Part shown: in pieces, positions 1 to 12,126 of the stretch
Numbering within the stretch: the first letter of the stretch is position 1
How the letters are laid out: each line of letters starts with the position of its first letter
Assembly (NCBI GenBank): GCA_002269645.1
Contig: NIVC01002641.1
Location: 9,674 to 73,673 of the forward strand
DNA: 64,000 nucleotides
Direction: 5' to 3'
From: Macrostomum lignano
Taxonomy: Eukaryota
Notes under the pieces: generated by a model
The model's input: only the letters and a program-made list of their open reading frames with translations
Databases searched by the model: none
Told to the model about the DNA's origin: nothing
Program-made: the position numbers and the translations under genes

Positions 1-57
1 GAGAAAGGAAACTTCAGTCCATTAGCAACTTTGGGGCAGAGCAGCCTTGCGGTGTGC

Positions 58-440
58 ACTTTTTAAGCGCCATCTGACAACCCCAAAGTCAAGCGCTTTT
101 TAAGCGCCATCTGACAACACAATATTCGACGCTTTTAAGCGCCATCTGACAACACAAGATTCGACGCTTTTAAGCGCCATCTGACAACACAAGATTCGAC
201 GCTTTTAAGCGCCATCTGACAACACAAGATTCGACGCTTTTCAAGCGCCATCTGACAACTCCAAAGTCAAGCGCTTTTCAAGCGCCATCTGACAACCCCG
301 GATTTAGCGCTTTTTAAGGCGCCATCTGACAACCCCAGTCAAACGCTATTTAAGCGCCACCCGACAATCCTTATTCGGCGCTTTTTAGGCGCCATCTGTC
401 GAACCAGAATTTAGCGCTTTTAGGCGCCATCTGACAACTC
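58..440. repeat. ~35-bp minisatellite (TTTTAAGCGCCATCTGACAACACAAGATTCGACGC), ~11 copies, intronic
   Basis: GCCATCTGAC recurs at 141 and 176 (period 35); copies degenerate toward both edges. Confidence 0.95.
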
Positions 441-575
441 GAATTCTCGAAGTTAAAACTACCTACTCAAAGTAGTTAAATTAAATCAAGCACTCAATTA
501 CTAAGGCAAGCTTAATTCTAAACTAACCAATGCTTTTCGCAGAGCAGACAGAAAGTAATTCTTTCCAATAAATAC

Positions 576-2777
576 TTCGCCACCGCGATGGCGCTCCTGC
601 TGCTGGTGCTGGTATCGACTGGGATGAAACTGCCACAGCTGCATCTGCTGCTGCTGCTCAGATGGCAACTGAGGCAGCAGCTGGGTCAGGCAGGCTCCAA
701 TGCAGGCAGAGAACTGAGCCATGGCTCCGCTAGATAGCTCGGGCAGCAGGGAGCAGAGTCTCAATCCGACCTCTGGGCTCAGCTCGTGACAGCCAATCAG
801 CGAGCGCCAGATTTGCTTGGCTCGCAGAGAGCCAATCAGCGCTTCGAAATCTTTGTCGGCTTCTTCGGCCGAGTTCGACGCGATTTCTGCATGGAGCATG
901 GGGAGAATTCTTTGGGAGATCTAACCAAAGTGGGAGATTTGTATATCGGAAACCTCATTGGGGATTAATATATGGGAAATCTCATAGGGGAGATTTCTAT
1001 GGGAAATCTTATGGGGAGATGTATATATGATATCCTATTGGGGAGATTTCTATCGGAAATCTTACGGGGGAGATTTGCTTATAGGAAATCTCATGAGGGA
1101 GACTTCTATCGGAAATCTTACGGGGGAGATTTGCTTATAGGAAATCTCATGAGGGAGACTTCTATCGGAAATCTTACGGGGGAGATCTGCTTATAGGAAA
1201 TCTCATAAGGGAGACTTCTATCGGAAATCTTACGGGGGAGATCTGCTTATAGGAAATCTCATGAGGGAGACTTCTATCGGAAATCTTACGGGGGAGATCT
1301 GCTTATAGGAAATCTCATGAGGGAGACTTCTATCGGAAATCTTACGGGGGAGATTTGCTTGTAGAAAATCTCATGAGGGAGATTTCTATCAGAAATCTTA
1401 CGGGGGAGATTTGCTTATAAGTAATCTCATGAGGGAGATTTCTATATGAGAAATCATTGGGAGGGGGTTTAAATATGGAAAATCTCATGAGAGAACTACA
1501 TATGGGAATCTCAAGAGGAAGATTTGTATAGGAAATCTCTTGGAGACATTAAAACAGGCACAAACCTGCTTCTTCTCCTTCAAGCTGAGGCTTCACTCTT
1601 CTTCGCCACAAATTCAGCAGCCAGTCAATGTGCTGCAGCCAATCAGAATTGCTTCTGGGAGCTAATTCTAACAAAGAAGGTCGCATTGCTCGATAAGTAT
1701 TGTTGTCATGGGCGTCTTGCTCGTCCTCAACCAAACGAAAGCTGAGCAAGTCGCCCTCTTTAGCAGCTAGTCCTCCTAGTCCTCGAACTTCGGACCACAG
1801 GAAGTAGGCAGACTTTGGAGTGTCCTAAATTGTATATAAGGTTAATGAGTTTTGTTGCGATTAATTCGGCATAACTGACAATGCTTGATATGGTTGCTAA
1901 GATGTTTGAGATGGCTGCTAAGCTGCTTGAGATGTGTTGCTAAGGTGCTCGAGAATTGCTTGATATGGTTGCTAAGCTGCTTGAGACTGTTGCTAAGGTA
2001 TTTGAGACTGTTTCTAAGCTGCTCGATATTGTTGCTAAGGTGTTTTACAGACTTTCTAAGGTGTTTTAAATTGTTGCTATGGTGCTCGAGATTTGCTTGA
2101 GATTGTTGCTAAGGTGTTTGAGATGGTTAATAAGCTGCTTGAGATTGTTGCTAAGCTGTTTGAAATAGTTGCAAAGCTGCTTGAGATTGTTACTATGGTG
2201 CTTGAGATTAGCTTGAGACTGTTGCTAAGGTGTTTGAGATGGTTGCTAAGGTGCTCGAGATGGTTGCTAAGGTGCTGACTGCTGCTAAGGTGAACTAAGT
2301 TAACAAGGGTGCTAAGGTTAACAACTGAAATTTTTGCTAAGGTGTTTAGGATAATTGCTAAGCTGCTTTTGGTTCTGGAGGATTAATCAAGTGCCATCGA
2401 AGAGAAGGTCATAAAAATAGAGCTAGTATTTACTAACACCTACTTGTTCAGGAGCATTTCCAGCTATCAAAGGGTCTTCGGAATCGGAATCTTCAACAAC
2501 AAGAGCTGCCTCCTCTGCAACTCCTGTTTCTGTTCCATCTGGAGATGCCAAGCCTGCAGTGCCTACAGCCTGTGAAACACTGGGCCGAACTGGGAAGCCT
2601 AGCAACTCCACTCGTCCACTGCGATTATCAAAATCTGATTCCAAAACTCGGCCCTTAAATCGATGAAGACGCTGACTGTGGAGGCGTTCAGCTTCAGCTG
2701 CCGCAGCCTCTGCTGCAATCAACTCATTCTCCACCTTAGCTTTGGCCTGGTCCTCAGCAGCTGCAGCTGCATGTACT
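576..2777 (-). CDS. Internal exons of an unidentified multi-exon gene (~2777-2444, 1824-1566, 886-576) that continues off the left edge; contains a cold-shock/OB-fold-like motif
   Basis: Splice phases match: CAA|GTAGGT (phase 0) to TTTAG|GAC (phase 0); GCAG|GTTTGT (phase 1) to GCAG|AA (phase 1); GAA|GTATTT. The spliced frame is open: ...NAPEQ|DTPKSAYFLWSEVRGLGGLAAKEGDLLSFRLVED...EGEEA|EIASNSAEE.... The acceptor of the first exon is uncertain. Confidence 0.65.
905..1550. repeat. 56-bp minisatellite made of two related ~28-bp subunits (GGGAGACTTCTATCGGAAATCTTACG / GGGGAGATTTGCTTATAGGAAATCTCATGA)
   Basis: GACTTCTATC at 1101 and 1157; lies within an intron of the left-edge gene. Confidence 0.9.
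1880..2345. repeat. Degenerate 21-bp minisatellite (GTTGCTAAGCTGCTTGAGATT)
   Basis: Direct reading; accounts for the spurious Leu/Arg/Cys-rich ORFs at 1885-2278. Confidence 0.9.
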
Positions 2778-5351
2778 CTTATAAGTCTTCTCATGCAACG
2801 TGTTTAAAAAACAATTTGTTTAAACTTCAAAAGGCAAAACAAAAAGCTGAAATTTAGCAACTATGCTAGCTATACCTGCAGCCTGCATTAACTATTGGAT
2901 AAAACAAATTTCTAATGCATAGATTATGCAAAAGGATAAAGTTAAACAAGTGAAATTGATAGGTCAAATAGGTCAAGCAAATGATGCAAGGTCACAAAGT
3001 ATTAACTTAAATGCTTCTAGACTAAACTTACTATCTATATACTGGCTATATAAAGGAAAAATGCTAATTTCAGAGTTAGACTAAAAATAATATTTTTTCT
3101 ATTGCTAACACTGATAACTGAATTAAAGTATTCAAATTTTATAGTGTATTGTTTTTATTATTAAGACATTATAAAAATATTAGACTTGAAAAGTTCTAAC
3201 AAAATAAAATATAATAGCTTAGACTAAGCTTAATAATAACCTCTCAAAATAAAAGAATGAGGCCTAACACCTTTATTAATATTAATATATAAGGGATAAA
3301 CATGATAAAATATTTTAACATTTTATACATTAAGCAATAGTCAAACTAAGTATATTAGACACATATCTATCTACCTAAGTGAGAGCTAGAAAACTAGTAT
3401 AATATAGTAAGCTAAAGTCTTGCTTTTGAATAGTTGACAGAATAGTTGACAGATGAAAAAGTTAATGAAAAAAATTTTTATGGAAAAGTTTATGGCCAAA
3501 GTTATATTTGCCATGAATTTAATGTAATAGTTTATTAATGATATTGTATTGTATATATTTTTAAATCAGCTATAAATCAAACGTTTGGTTGATTGTGTTT
3601 GAAGATGGTTGATTAATCAAAACTTTGATTTATCGCTGCGTCTTTATGCTTCAATCATTTGCTCTGAAACTTTTATCACTTATTGACACATTTCTCAGCT
3701 TTGCTATGACATCTTTTAGACACATGATTGTCTTTTGTATTTCCCGAGATATTTGCTTCCAAAGTGTGTTTGTAAGGGGTGCCATTGAATTCGTCTTTTG
3801 ACACACTTTACATTCATGCCATTGTTTTTTCTTTAGGACAGAAAATTTATGCAGATAAAATATTAAAGCTGAATGTGGCATCAAGGAGAGCATCCCAAAA
3901 CATTAATTCATTTTTTGTTCAAATTATCTACTCGAAGGAAAAAAATATGTCGAGTAACCCACACCTAGTATGAAACTAGAGCGTAATAGACAAGCATACA
4001 AACCTTAGAGATTTAGTATATTTAGACTGTATGACTGAAGGGATGTAGTCGTAGTGTAAATCAAATCTATCAATCAATCATCAATTGTGCTCATTATTTT
4101 CTAAGAAAAACGTATTTTTAAAAATATACTTTTTTCGCTTTCAAGTTTGCAGTAGTCGATAATATACTTGTGTAGAAAGAAATTTTATATTTATCAACTA
4201 TAAATTAACAATGAAAAATTTTAAATACTTTTTAATTAGGCTTTTATACATTTATAAATATAATTTCTTATAACTGTTTGATATATTCTAGATTTACAAT
4301 TTCATTCCGTGATTCTTAAAATTGAATTATTTATGCGCATTACGCATACATACATAAATATATATTTTAGAATTTCGTATTCAAGTGACATTTCAATGCT
4401 GTAATACTATTTTTACTATGGAAAACGTACAGATCTTATAAAATTAACTATAGCTATAAATGTAGCATTTCGCTAGCATAAAAAGTTCAAAGATTTTTAT
4501 GCCTCTACATGGTACAATAATTCCATTCCAAACAGTTTTGAACGTTATTATTAAATGATTATGAATAGCTTCCGAATTCTGTTCAAATACTTCGTTCAGA
4601 TTTTAACAGAGCTTTATTGAAATTTAAAAAGAACAATTGACATAAAGAGTTGATCAGAAGTTACACACACGAAAAATACATATATAGTACGTAGATAATA
4701 ACATTAGTGTACAATTTCGTAATAAGTTCAGCTGTACAAATAACTGTACATGCATTTACCAAGGACGACTTGAGTAGAAGGACGGGAAACCTCGTCTCTT
4801 TACGAGGTTTACGAGGAAGTTTTCATTTTTTCAGCACAAAAATTGTTATTGCTTTTAATAGGAGGCGGATCCAGTGTTCATCTTTTGATATGTTGTGCCT
4901 TTCTTATTGCTCCATCGATATTCATAAAGCTTTTCGTTCAGAAAAGTATGATTCTATGTGAATTTTTAATTCTACGTGTACATTTGCACGTGTCTTGTGC
5001 GTAAAAACCATTGAAATGGCACAGCTAGCTCGGCTCTTTGGTTTTATGAGTCTATTTTATCATTCTTAGCTGACTGTGTAACAAAAAACTTGTAGCAGAG
5101 ATGATAAAATAGATTCATAATACCAAAGATTCGAGCTGTGTCATGCATTTTTATGCTTTTAGGTACAGGAAATGTACGTATAATAAAAAATTAACATAGA
5201 ATTCTAATTTTCTGAACGAAAAGCTCCATGAATATCGATAGAGCAATAAGAAAGGCACAACAAATTGTGTTTTGGTGTAATTTTTACAACTATACTGCCT
5301 GGCATCTTTGATTAAACCCAAAGTCCATTTACATGGACAGCATGATAAGGT

Positions 5352-7972
5352 TCAATAGTATCCCAATGGTGACGACGGGCTGAACACTTCCGGCGGAGTC
5401 GGCGATCGCCATTGCCGCTGTTCCAGCTGATCAAAATCGTCCTGATCGACAAAATTATTGGGCGTTGTCAGAAGAAATCTCGGCTGTGCAGCGCGCGAAT
5501 GCAGCATCATCGGCCTGGCTGCCGACTGCGGCTGGTGCAAAATTGGCGGCAACGGTGCCGGGGACCCCGCCGCCTGCAGCTGCGACCGACCGCCCTCGCC
5601 TCCGCCTCCGACACGTCTGCCCGAAGTGGACACCGAGGCGATGCCAGAGATGGAATCGGATCGTTCCGGGCAGCCGGCCGCAGCAGCCGACACCAGACGG
5701 TCGTCGATCTCCTCTTCGCTGACGTAGCGAAGGTGCCAGGTGCAGGGCCAGAGCTTCATCAGCGGCCTGGCAATGGTTCTATCGAATGCCAGAACGCATA
5801 GCGGCTCAAATAGGGTCTTAGCAAAGCCCAGAACTGTGAACAGGTGGTAGAGCGCCACCGGAGCTTTGAAATGCGGGTCGGACAGCACTAGGAGGTACAG
5901 CGGGTACCAGCAGAGTACGCAGATGCCGCAGATGCCGCATAGAACTCGCTGCCGGTTGGTTCTCAGCGCGGCAAGATCTGCTAGACGGCTGGCCAGAGCG
6001 ACATCGGAGGTGAGCATTGACTCCGCCATGGTGGCAGCCGCGGCTGCGAAGCCATGAGCGCCGGGTTCTGCTGCTTTTTCCGACGCAGACCGCTGCCGCC
6101 GCTTTTGCAGGCAGCGAAGGGCGGCGTTGCGCAGTCGGCAGCGCATTGATTCGTCGATAGAGCGTCGAAACGATGCTAGATAGTAGGCGGTGACGCCGAG
6201 GGCCACCTGCGGGTTTGGGTGACGTCATACATGGTTACTGTTGAATGCGGCGGATTCGAGCATATAAGATACTCAAGATCGATTCAAGGCATGCAGATTA
6301 CGGCAGATTCCAACCAGACTAAAAGCAGATTCAAGGCAGATTCAAAGCAGATTCAAGGCAGATTCAAAGCAGATTCAAGGCAGATTCAGGGCAGATTCCA
6401 AGCAGATTCAAGGCAGATTCAAGGCAGATTCAAGGCAGATTCAAAGCAGATTTAAAGCAGATTGAAGGCAGATTCAAAGCCGATTTAAATCAGATTCAAG
6501 GCAGATTCAAAGCAGATTTAAAGCAGATTCAAGGCAGATTCAAAGCAGATTCAAGGCAGATTCAAGGCAGATTCCAAGCAGATTCAAGGCAGATTCAAGG
6601 CAGATTCAAGGCAGATTCAAAGCAGATTTAAAGCAGATTCAAGGCAGATTCAAAGCCGATTTAAATCAGATTCAAGGCAGATTCAAAGCAGATTCAAGGC
6701 AGATTCAAGGCAGATTCAAAGCAGATTCAAAGCAGATTCAAGGCAGATTCAAGGCAGATTCAAAGCAGATTCAAGGCAGATTCAAGGCAGATTTAAGGCA
6801 GATTCAAGGCAGATTCAAAGCAGATTCAAAGCAGATTTAAGGCAGATTCAAGGCAGATTCAAGGCAGATTCAAAGCAGATTCAAGGCAGATTCAAGGCAA
6901 ATTCAAGGCAGATTCAAGGCAAATTCAAGGCAAATTCAAGGCAGATTCAAGGCAGATTCAAGACAGACTTAAAGCAGATTCAAAGCAGATTAAAAGCAGA
7001 TTCAAGGCAGATTCCAAGCAGATTCAAGGCAGATTCAAAGCAGATTCAAGGCAGATTCAAGGCAAATTCAAGGCAGATTCAAGGCAAATTCAAGGCAAAT
7101 TCAAGGCAGATTCAAGGCAGATTCAAGACAGACTTAAAGCAGATTCAAAGCAGATTAAAAGCAGATTCAAGGCAGATTCCAAGCAGATTCAAGGCAGATT
7201 CAAAGCAGATTCAAGGCAGATTCAAAGCAGATTCAAGGCAGATTCCAAGCAGATTCAAGGCAGATTCAAGGCAGATTCAAGGCAGATTCAAAGCAGATTC
7301 AAGGCAGATTCCAAGCAGACTCAAAGCAGATTCAAAGCAGCAATCCGATTACCACACGGCACTCACCGTCACAATGGTCATCCACATGAGGTACACAGTA
7401 TAATTCTTCTTATGCCCGTGCAAGAACACGCAGCGGGCATCGGAGGCGCTCCAATCAAAGTTGGCGCCAATCAGCGTCGGTCCCAGGTGCAGGATGGCGC
7501 TGCAGGTGTACACCAGGGCTATGCCGAAGGCGACACAACAGGTTGACCCGCGCGGCCGGCCAGAACCGCCATCTAAATAATAGATCTCGCAGCAGGCCAC
7601 CGGGATAAGGTTGAACACCCACACAGTCTGGAAGATGATGTAGCTGGTGGTGAGATTCCGGCACGAGTCGCTGGAGATTCCGCCAGGCCGAAGGCCGTTG
7701 CCGAAAGCGAAGGCCAGGCCGGAGAGAAGCAGATTGAGGAAGGCGGAGTGCAGCAGGAAGGCCAGACGAAGGCGCCGAGTCTGCCGCTGTATGAGCACCA
7801 CGCCAATCAGGCAGACGTTGCTGATTAGACTCAGACTGGCCACGGCGTACACCGCTGACTGCTCAGCGCCTCCGTGAAGCTGCTGGGCGTCGAGAGCGTG
7901 ATCGTGCGGCTGCTCCAGATCCATCGGTTGCTGTACTGCTGTGTGCACCTGGGTGACTGCGAGATTGCTCAA
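5352..7972 (-). CDS. Orphan rhodopsin-like (class A) GPCR, 2 exons (~7972 or ATG 7924 to 7367; 6206 to 5352)
   Basis: Seven hydrophobic segments across two exons. Donor ACG|GTGAGT at 7366 and acceptor CGCAG|GTG at 6206 are both phase 0, giving MWMTIVT|VALGVTAYY. TM1 has SN, there is an ECL2 Cys (DARCVF), and TM6 reads CWYP. It loosely resembles SREB-like orphans, but orthology is not established. Confidence 0.85.
6270..7340. repeat. 11-bp satellite (GCAGATTCAAG/A), ~95 copies, filling the GPCR intron
   Basis: Direct reading. Confidence 0.97.
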
Positions 7973-8045
7973 TTTCTATCATGACTGGCAGGGACTTTTA
8001 TGATTTTATCATGCTAAACTGCTCAACTGGTTCGATTGTATCACC

Positions 8046-8480
8046 CTCTCAATGCCTCCTTCTCCCCTCTCAATGTCTCTCTTCTCCCCTCTCAATGCCT
8101 CTCTTCTCCCCTCTCAATGCCTCCTTCTCCCCTCTCAATGTCTCTCTTCTCCCCTCTCAATGCCTCCTTCTCCCCTCTCAATGCCTCTCTTCTCCCCTCT
8201 CAATGCCTCCTTCTCCCCTCTCAATGCCTCTCTTCTCCCCTCTCAATGCCTCTCTTCTCCCCTCTCAATGCCTCTCTTCTCCCCTCTCAATACCTCCTTC
8301 TCCCCTCTCAATGCCTCTCTTCTCCCCTCTCAATGCCTCTCTTCTCCCCTCTCAATGCCTCTCTTCTCCCCTCTCAATGCCTCTCTTCTCCCCTCTCTCC
8401 ATCCCTCTCTTCTCCCCCCTCTCTCCATGCCTCTCTTCTCCCCCTCTCTCCATGCCTCTCTTCTCCCCCTCTCTCCATGC
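8046..8480. repeat. 21/22-bp pyrimidine-rich minisatellite (CTCAATGCCTCTCTTCTCCCCT)
   Basis: Direct reading; source of the repetitive ORFs at 7981-8553. Confidence 0.95.
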
Positions 8481-9524
8481 CTCTCTCATATTTTATAACA
8501 GAATGATTTATTCTCTAAGCCTCAATATCCTTTCCAGTCTTCAATGTATATAGTGCATTACCCAAATTAAAAATCGCTAGCAAACTGCTTACCAGTCACA
8601 TGAATAAGTCAATAATTAGCAGTAATATACGAATATAGTAAATCTATATAAAAACAATTTGAACACAGCTTGGTCAGTTTTCTGATGAATGATGTAAACC
8701 TACACTACACACAAGTTCTGCTGCATGACCAGTGCAATAATAAATAAGGTCCCTCTAGTCTCTCTTTCCTCTGTGTGTACAAGTCCAGACGCCTCTCTCC
8801 TCATTCGATATAGCTGTTCTCTCATCAAGTGTGCATCTGCAGCGCATGACATTTGCCAGGCCAACACAAAAGTTTCGGCCCGGAGGAAGGCAGGGGGGGG
8901 GTTTATAATCGCGCGTGCCTGCAAGCCCGCAATTCTACCACAGGTATGTCATCTTGCTGGTCTGGTTTGCATTCCTACAGCCCAGGGACCCCTCTGTATG
9001 CGAATCTAAAAGACAAACAACCTGCTGGAATCTCTACTCCGAGTTTTAGACAATTAAGAAATATAAAAAACCTCATTGCATAGAGGCCCCGCAGTTGACT
9101 TGGCCTAGTCTGAATTCTATATAAACACTGAGAACTTGATAAGGCTAATTTTCATTTAATTGAAGCATTTTTTGCGTCTGAAAAGGTTTATATATCGTAT
9201 ATACTTAATGCTTTTCTCCTAATAAGCATGGTTTGCCTGTGGGTGATCAAGATTTAAATAGTAGAGATATAGATGATCTATACAAAATCTGTATTGTCTG
9301 TAGATTGCATTTATATCTAGCTGATGATCTACTAAAAGTTGTCTAGAACAGAGCATAAACTGATCTGCATGTATAGACACGAGCCTAGGGATCTATAGAT
9401 TTATTATATTGTAACTTAAAATGATCTGTAGATCGATACTGGATCGCAAAACCACTGGTCTATAGATCTATTAAATTACAAATCAGTTAATCTATAGATC
9501 TAATAAATATCAAACCAAGTGATC

Positions 9525-10100
9525 TATAGATTCATTGGATCGCAAACCAAGAGATCTAAAGATCCATTGGGTGGCAAACCTAGTAATCTACAGATACATT
9601 GGATCGCAAACCAAGAGATCTAAAGATCCATTGGGTGGCAAACCTAGTAATCTACAGATACATTGGATCGCAAACCAAGAGATCTAAAGATCCATTGGGT
9701 GGCAAACCTAGTAATCTACAGATACATTGGATCGCAAACCAAGAGATCTAAAGATCCATTGGGTGGCAAACCTAGTAATCTACAGATACATTGGATCGCA
9801 AACCAAGAGATCTAAAGATCCATTGGGTGGCAAACCTAGTAATCTACAGATACATTGGATCGCAAACCAAGAGATCTAAAGATCCATTGGGTGGCAAACC
9901 TAGTAATCTACAGATACATTGGATCGCAAACCAAGAGATCTAAAGATCCATTGGGTGGCAAACCTAGTAATCTACAGATACATTGGATCGCAAACCAAGA
10001 GATCTAAAGATCCATTGGGTGGCAAACCTAGTAATCTACAGATACATTGGATCGCAAACCAAGAGATCTAAAGATCCATTGGGTGGCAAAGCAAGTGATC
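9525..10100. repeat. 64-bp tandem repeat built from two alternating 32-bp subunits, ~9 near-perfect copies
   Basis: GATCCATTGG at 9561 and 9625. Subunits: GATCCATTGGGTGGCAAACCTAGTAATCTACA and GATACATTGGATCGCAAACCAAGAGATCTAAA. Confidence 0.95.
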
Positions 10101-10978
10101 TATGGACGAAAGTTTAGGGTTGTTGTGTGTTCACAATTTTTTAAATCACTTTAAGTCCCAAACAAATAAATAAATAGAACATCAGATAAATAAGTTTGTT
10201 GGATTCAATACTTATGGCAGTAAGGCTCTGCAGGTAATTAAACGCCTGTAAAGAAATAAAAACCAGCAAGGCGAATACTTAGGTTATATATTTATACTTA
10301 CAATTTAAAATATAATTAGTAAACAATAAAAAGGAAAAATATTTAAGCACCTTATCAGTGATAACTAATTACAAAATGAAAAATAATGCTTTCGAATAAC
10401 ATATTGGACATAAAAATAATGCAGACATACGATGGTTGACAGAATAATAGTAGCAAATGCACCCACTAATGTTCGTTTAAGAACAATAGCACAATCTTCA
10501 GTTCTAACTTGTTTTATTTACTGAAGTCGTGATTAAAAATTGGTGTTACGCTACCCTGATCACGAGGATCAAGTTTCCAGACCAGACTAAGACAACAGTT
10601 AGTAATTTAAACAATATTTTCAATTGCTCCTACTGATAGTAAGTAAGAAGGAATTTTACAACCTTTATTTTCTAAGATCGTTGATCGCTAACTAGATAAT
10701 TTTATTTTTGCTTGAATTGCAAAAATGCACATAGATTTGCTGATGATTCTAAATTTTACTTAACAGATTTTTGTAAAATATATTACATCAATTCGGTCTT
10801 GTCCTCCCCACACACACAGTTAAAAAATCAAAGTCAATTAATCAACGTTTCACTAATTACTACCACCTTTTCACCTTATCAGCGAGGAGGCAAGCATTCA
10901 TACCCACTCCGCTGACTACTGAGCACATGAAAAGCGCGCCAATACTGTACGCAGGCCTGCACTCATGCACACGCTTAT

Positions 10979-11279
10979 ATAATAATAATAATAATAATTG
11001 ATTACAATTGAGCCCCAATTGAGCAGATGTGCAACCGACAGCTCAGCCGCAGCTATTGCGCGGCGCATCTGAAGGCTGCGTACGGCTGTTCAGTCCAAGG
11101 ACTGGGGGGGGGGGGTCGCCACACACCCTCAATTACCCCAGCTAATGCTGGCACCCATTTTACAGCTGGGCGAACTGAAGCAATGCAGAGTTAAGTGTCT
11201 TGCTCAAGGACACAAATTGTTCCTGTGGGATTGGGATTCGAACCCCCGACCTTCAAGTCGTGAGTCCGACGCTCTCGCG
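10979..11279 (-). mobile_element. 5'-truncated tRNA-derived SINE with a CORE-like central domain and (ATT)n tail
   Basis: Minus strand reads AGAGCGTCGGACTCACGACTTGAAGGTCGGGGGTTCGAATCCC (tRNA-like, B box GGTTCGAATCC), then GTGTCCTTGAGCAAGACACTTAACTCTGCATTGCTTCAGTTCGCCCAGCTGTAAAATGGGT, which closely resembles the MIR/CORE domain as I recall it, and ends in an ATT microsatellite. No A box is visible. Confidence 0.8.
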
Positions 11280-11394
11280 GGTCGAGGGTCGCTGTACACC
11301 CTGTGTGTGTGTGTAGGAGTGCTCAGGAGTCGTGAAATGAAAATGAAAACGTCTCCAAACCAAATCAAACGTCACTTAGCATCGCGACAAGCAG

Positions 11395-12126
11395 CTACAA
11401 ATAAACCAGCGACTGGCGCAGTGCTGGCAGAAAGCTGCGCCAGTCGGGCCCACCGACGCTGTCGTCAGTGGAAGAGTTCAACCGCTGCATCAGGAGCGGC
11501 AGGCGTTCGGACACGAATTCCGGGAAAAAGTTGCTCGACTCAACGCTAAGCGGGCCGCCGCTGCCGTAGCCGCTCAGCACTAATCCGAATGTCAAATCTG
11601 TCAGATAAATGACAATCTGCAGTCGATTATTGCGCAAAAATCTTATATCTAAGCCTAGCCGTTTAGTATAGGCGGCAACCAGTGCTTCCAGCCTCTTTAA
11701 TTCGACATCCTCATCGGAGGTGTCGCTATCAACTGCGGCAGCCAGTCGATCGCGCAGTTCGACAAGGTGCCGACAGTGCGAACTGAGCGCGTCAACTCGT
11801 TCAGATAGGCAGCGATTCTCTAAGCTGGCAGCTACCCGGCTTCAATGGTTGAGACCAGCTCAGCTGATAGACTATTCAGCTGGCTGACTGTGTCACAGCT
11901 AGCTGACGCCAGGGCGCTGTTGGCTCTGGCCTCTAACGAATCTGCACACTGAATAGCCGTTTCCACTGCGACGTGTCAGCGTTAAGAAGCTCTCGACGAC
12001 TGTTTAGCACTGCTAGAAGTTGGCTAATAGCGGCGGGTGTAGCTAATTCTAGCTCGGCAGCAGCATCTTCAGTGTTGGATGAATTTGGCGATGCAGCATT
12101 GTGGGCAACGATTTCTCTTGAGCCAT
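11395..12126 (-). CDS. SPC25: Kinetochore protein Spc25-like (Ndc80 complex), single exon, frameshifted in this sequence (~11965, ~11835)
   Basis: An open frame from 11841 to 11395 encodes ELKRLEALVAAYTKRLGLDIRFLRNNRLQIVI...DWRSFLPALRQSLVYL*, matching the Spc25 signature (human [31 protein letters not shown]...NFSAFLANVRKAF). The coiled-coil-like N-terminal part lies in two other frames. Start codon uncertain. Confidence 0.7.

Noticed and set aside
7981-8553. Ser/Pro/Leu-rich ORFs
   Set aside because: Translation of the 21/22-bp repeat.
8700-8924. Possible upstream exon of the GPCR
   Set aside because: No recognisable motif and no convincing phase-matched splice junction; could be UTR but unsupported.
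9525-10100. CRISPR-like regular 32-bp periodicity
   Set aside because: The intervening 32-mers are identical, not unique spacers; there are no cas genes and the context is eukaryotic.
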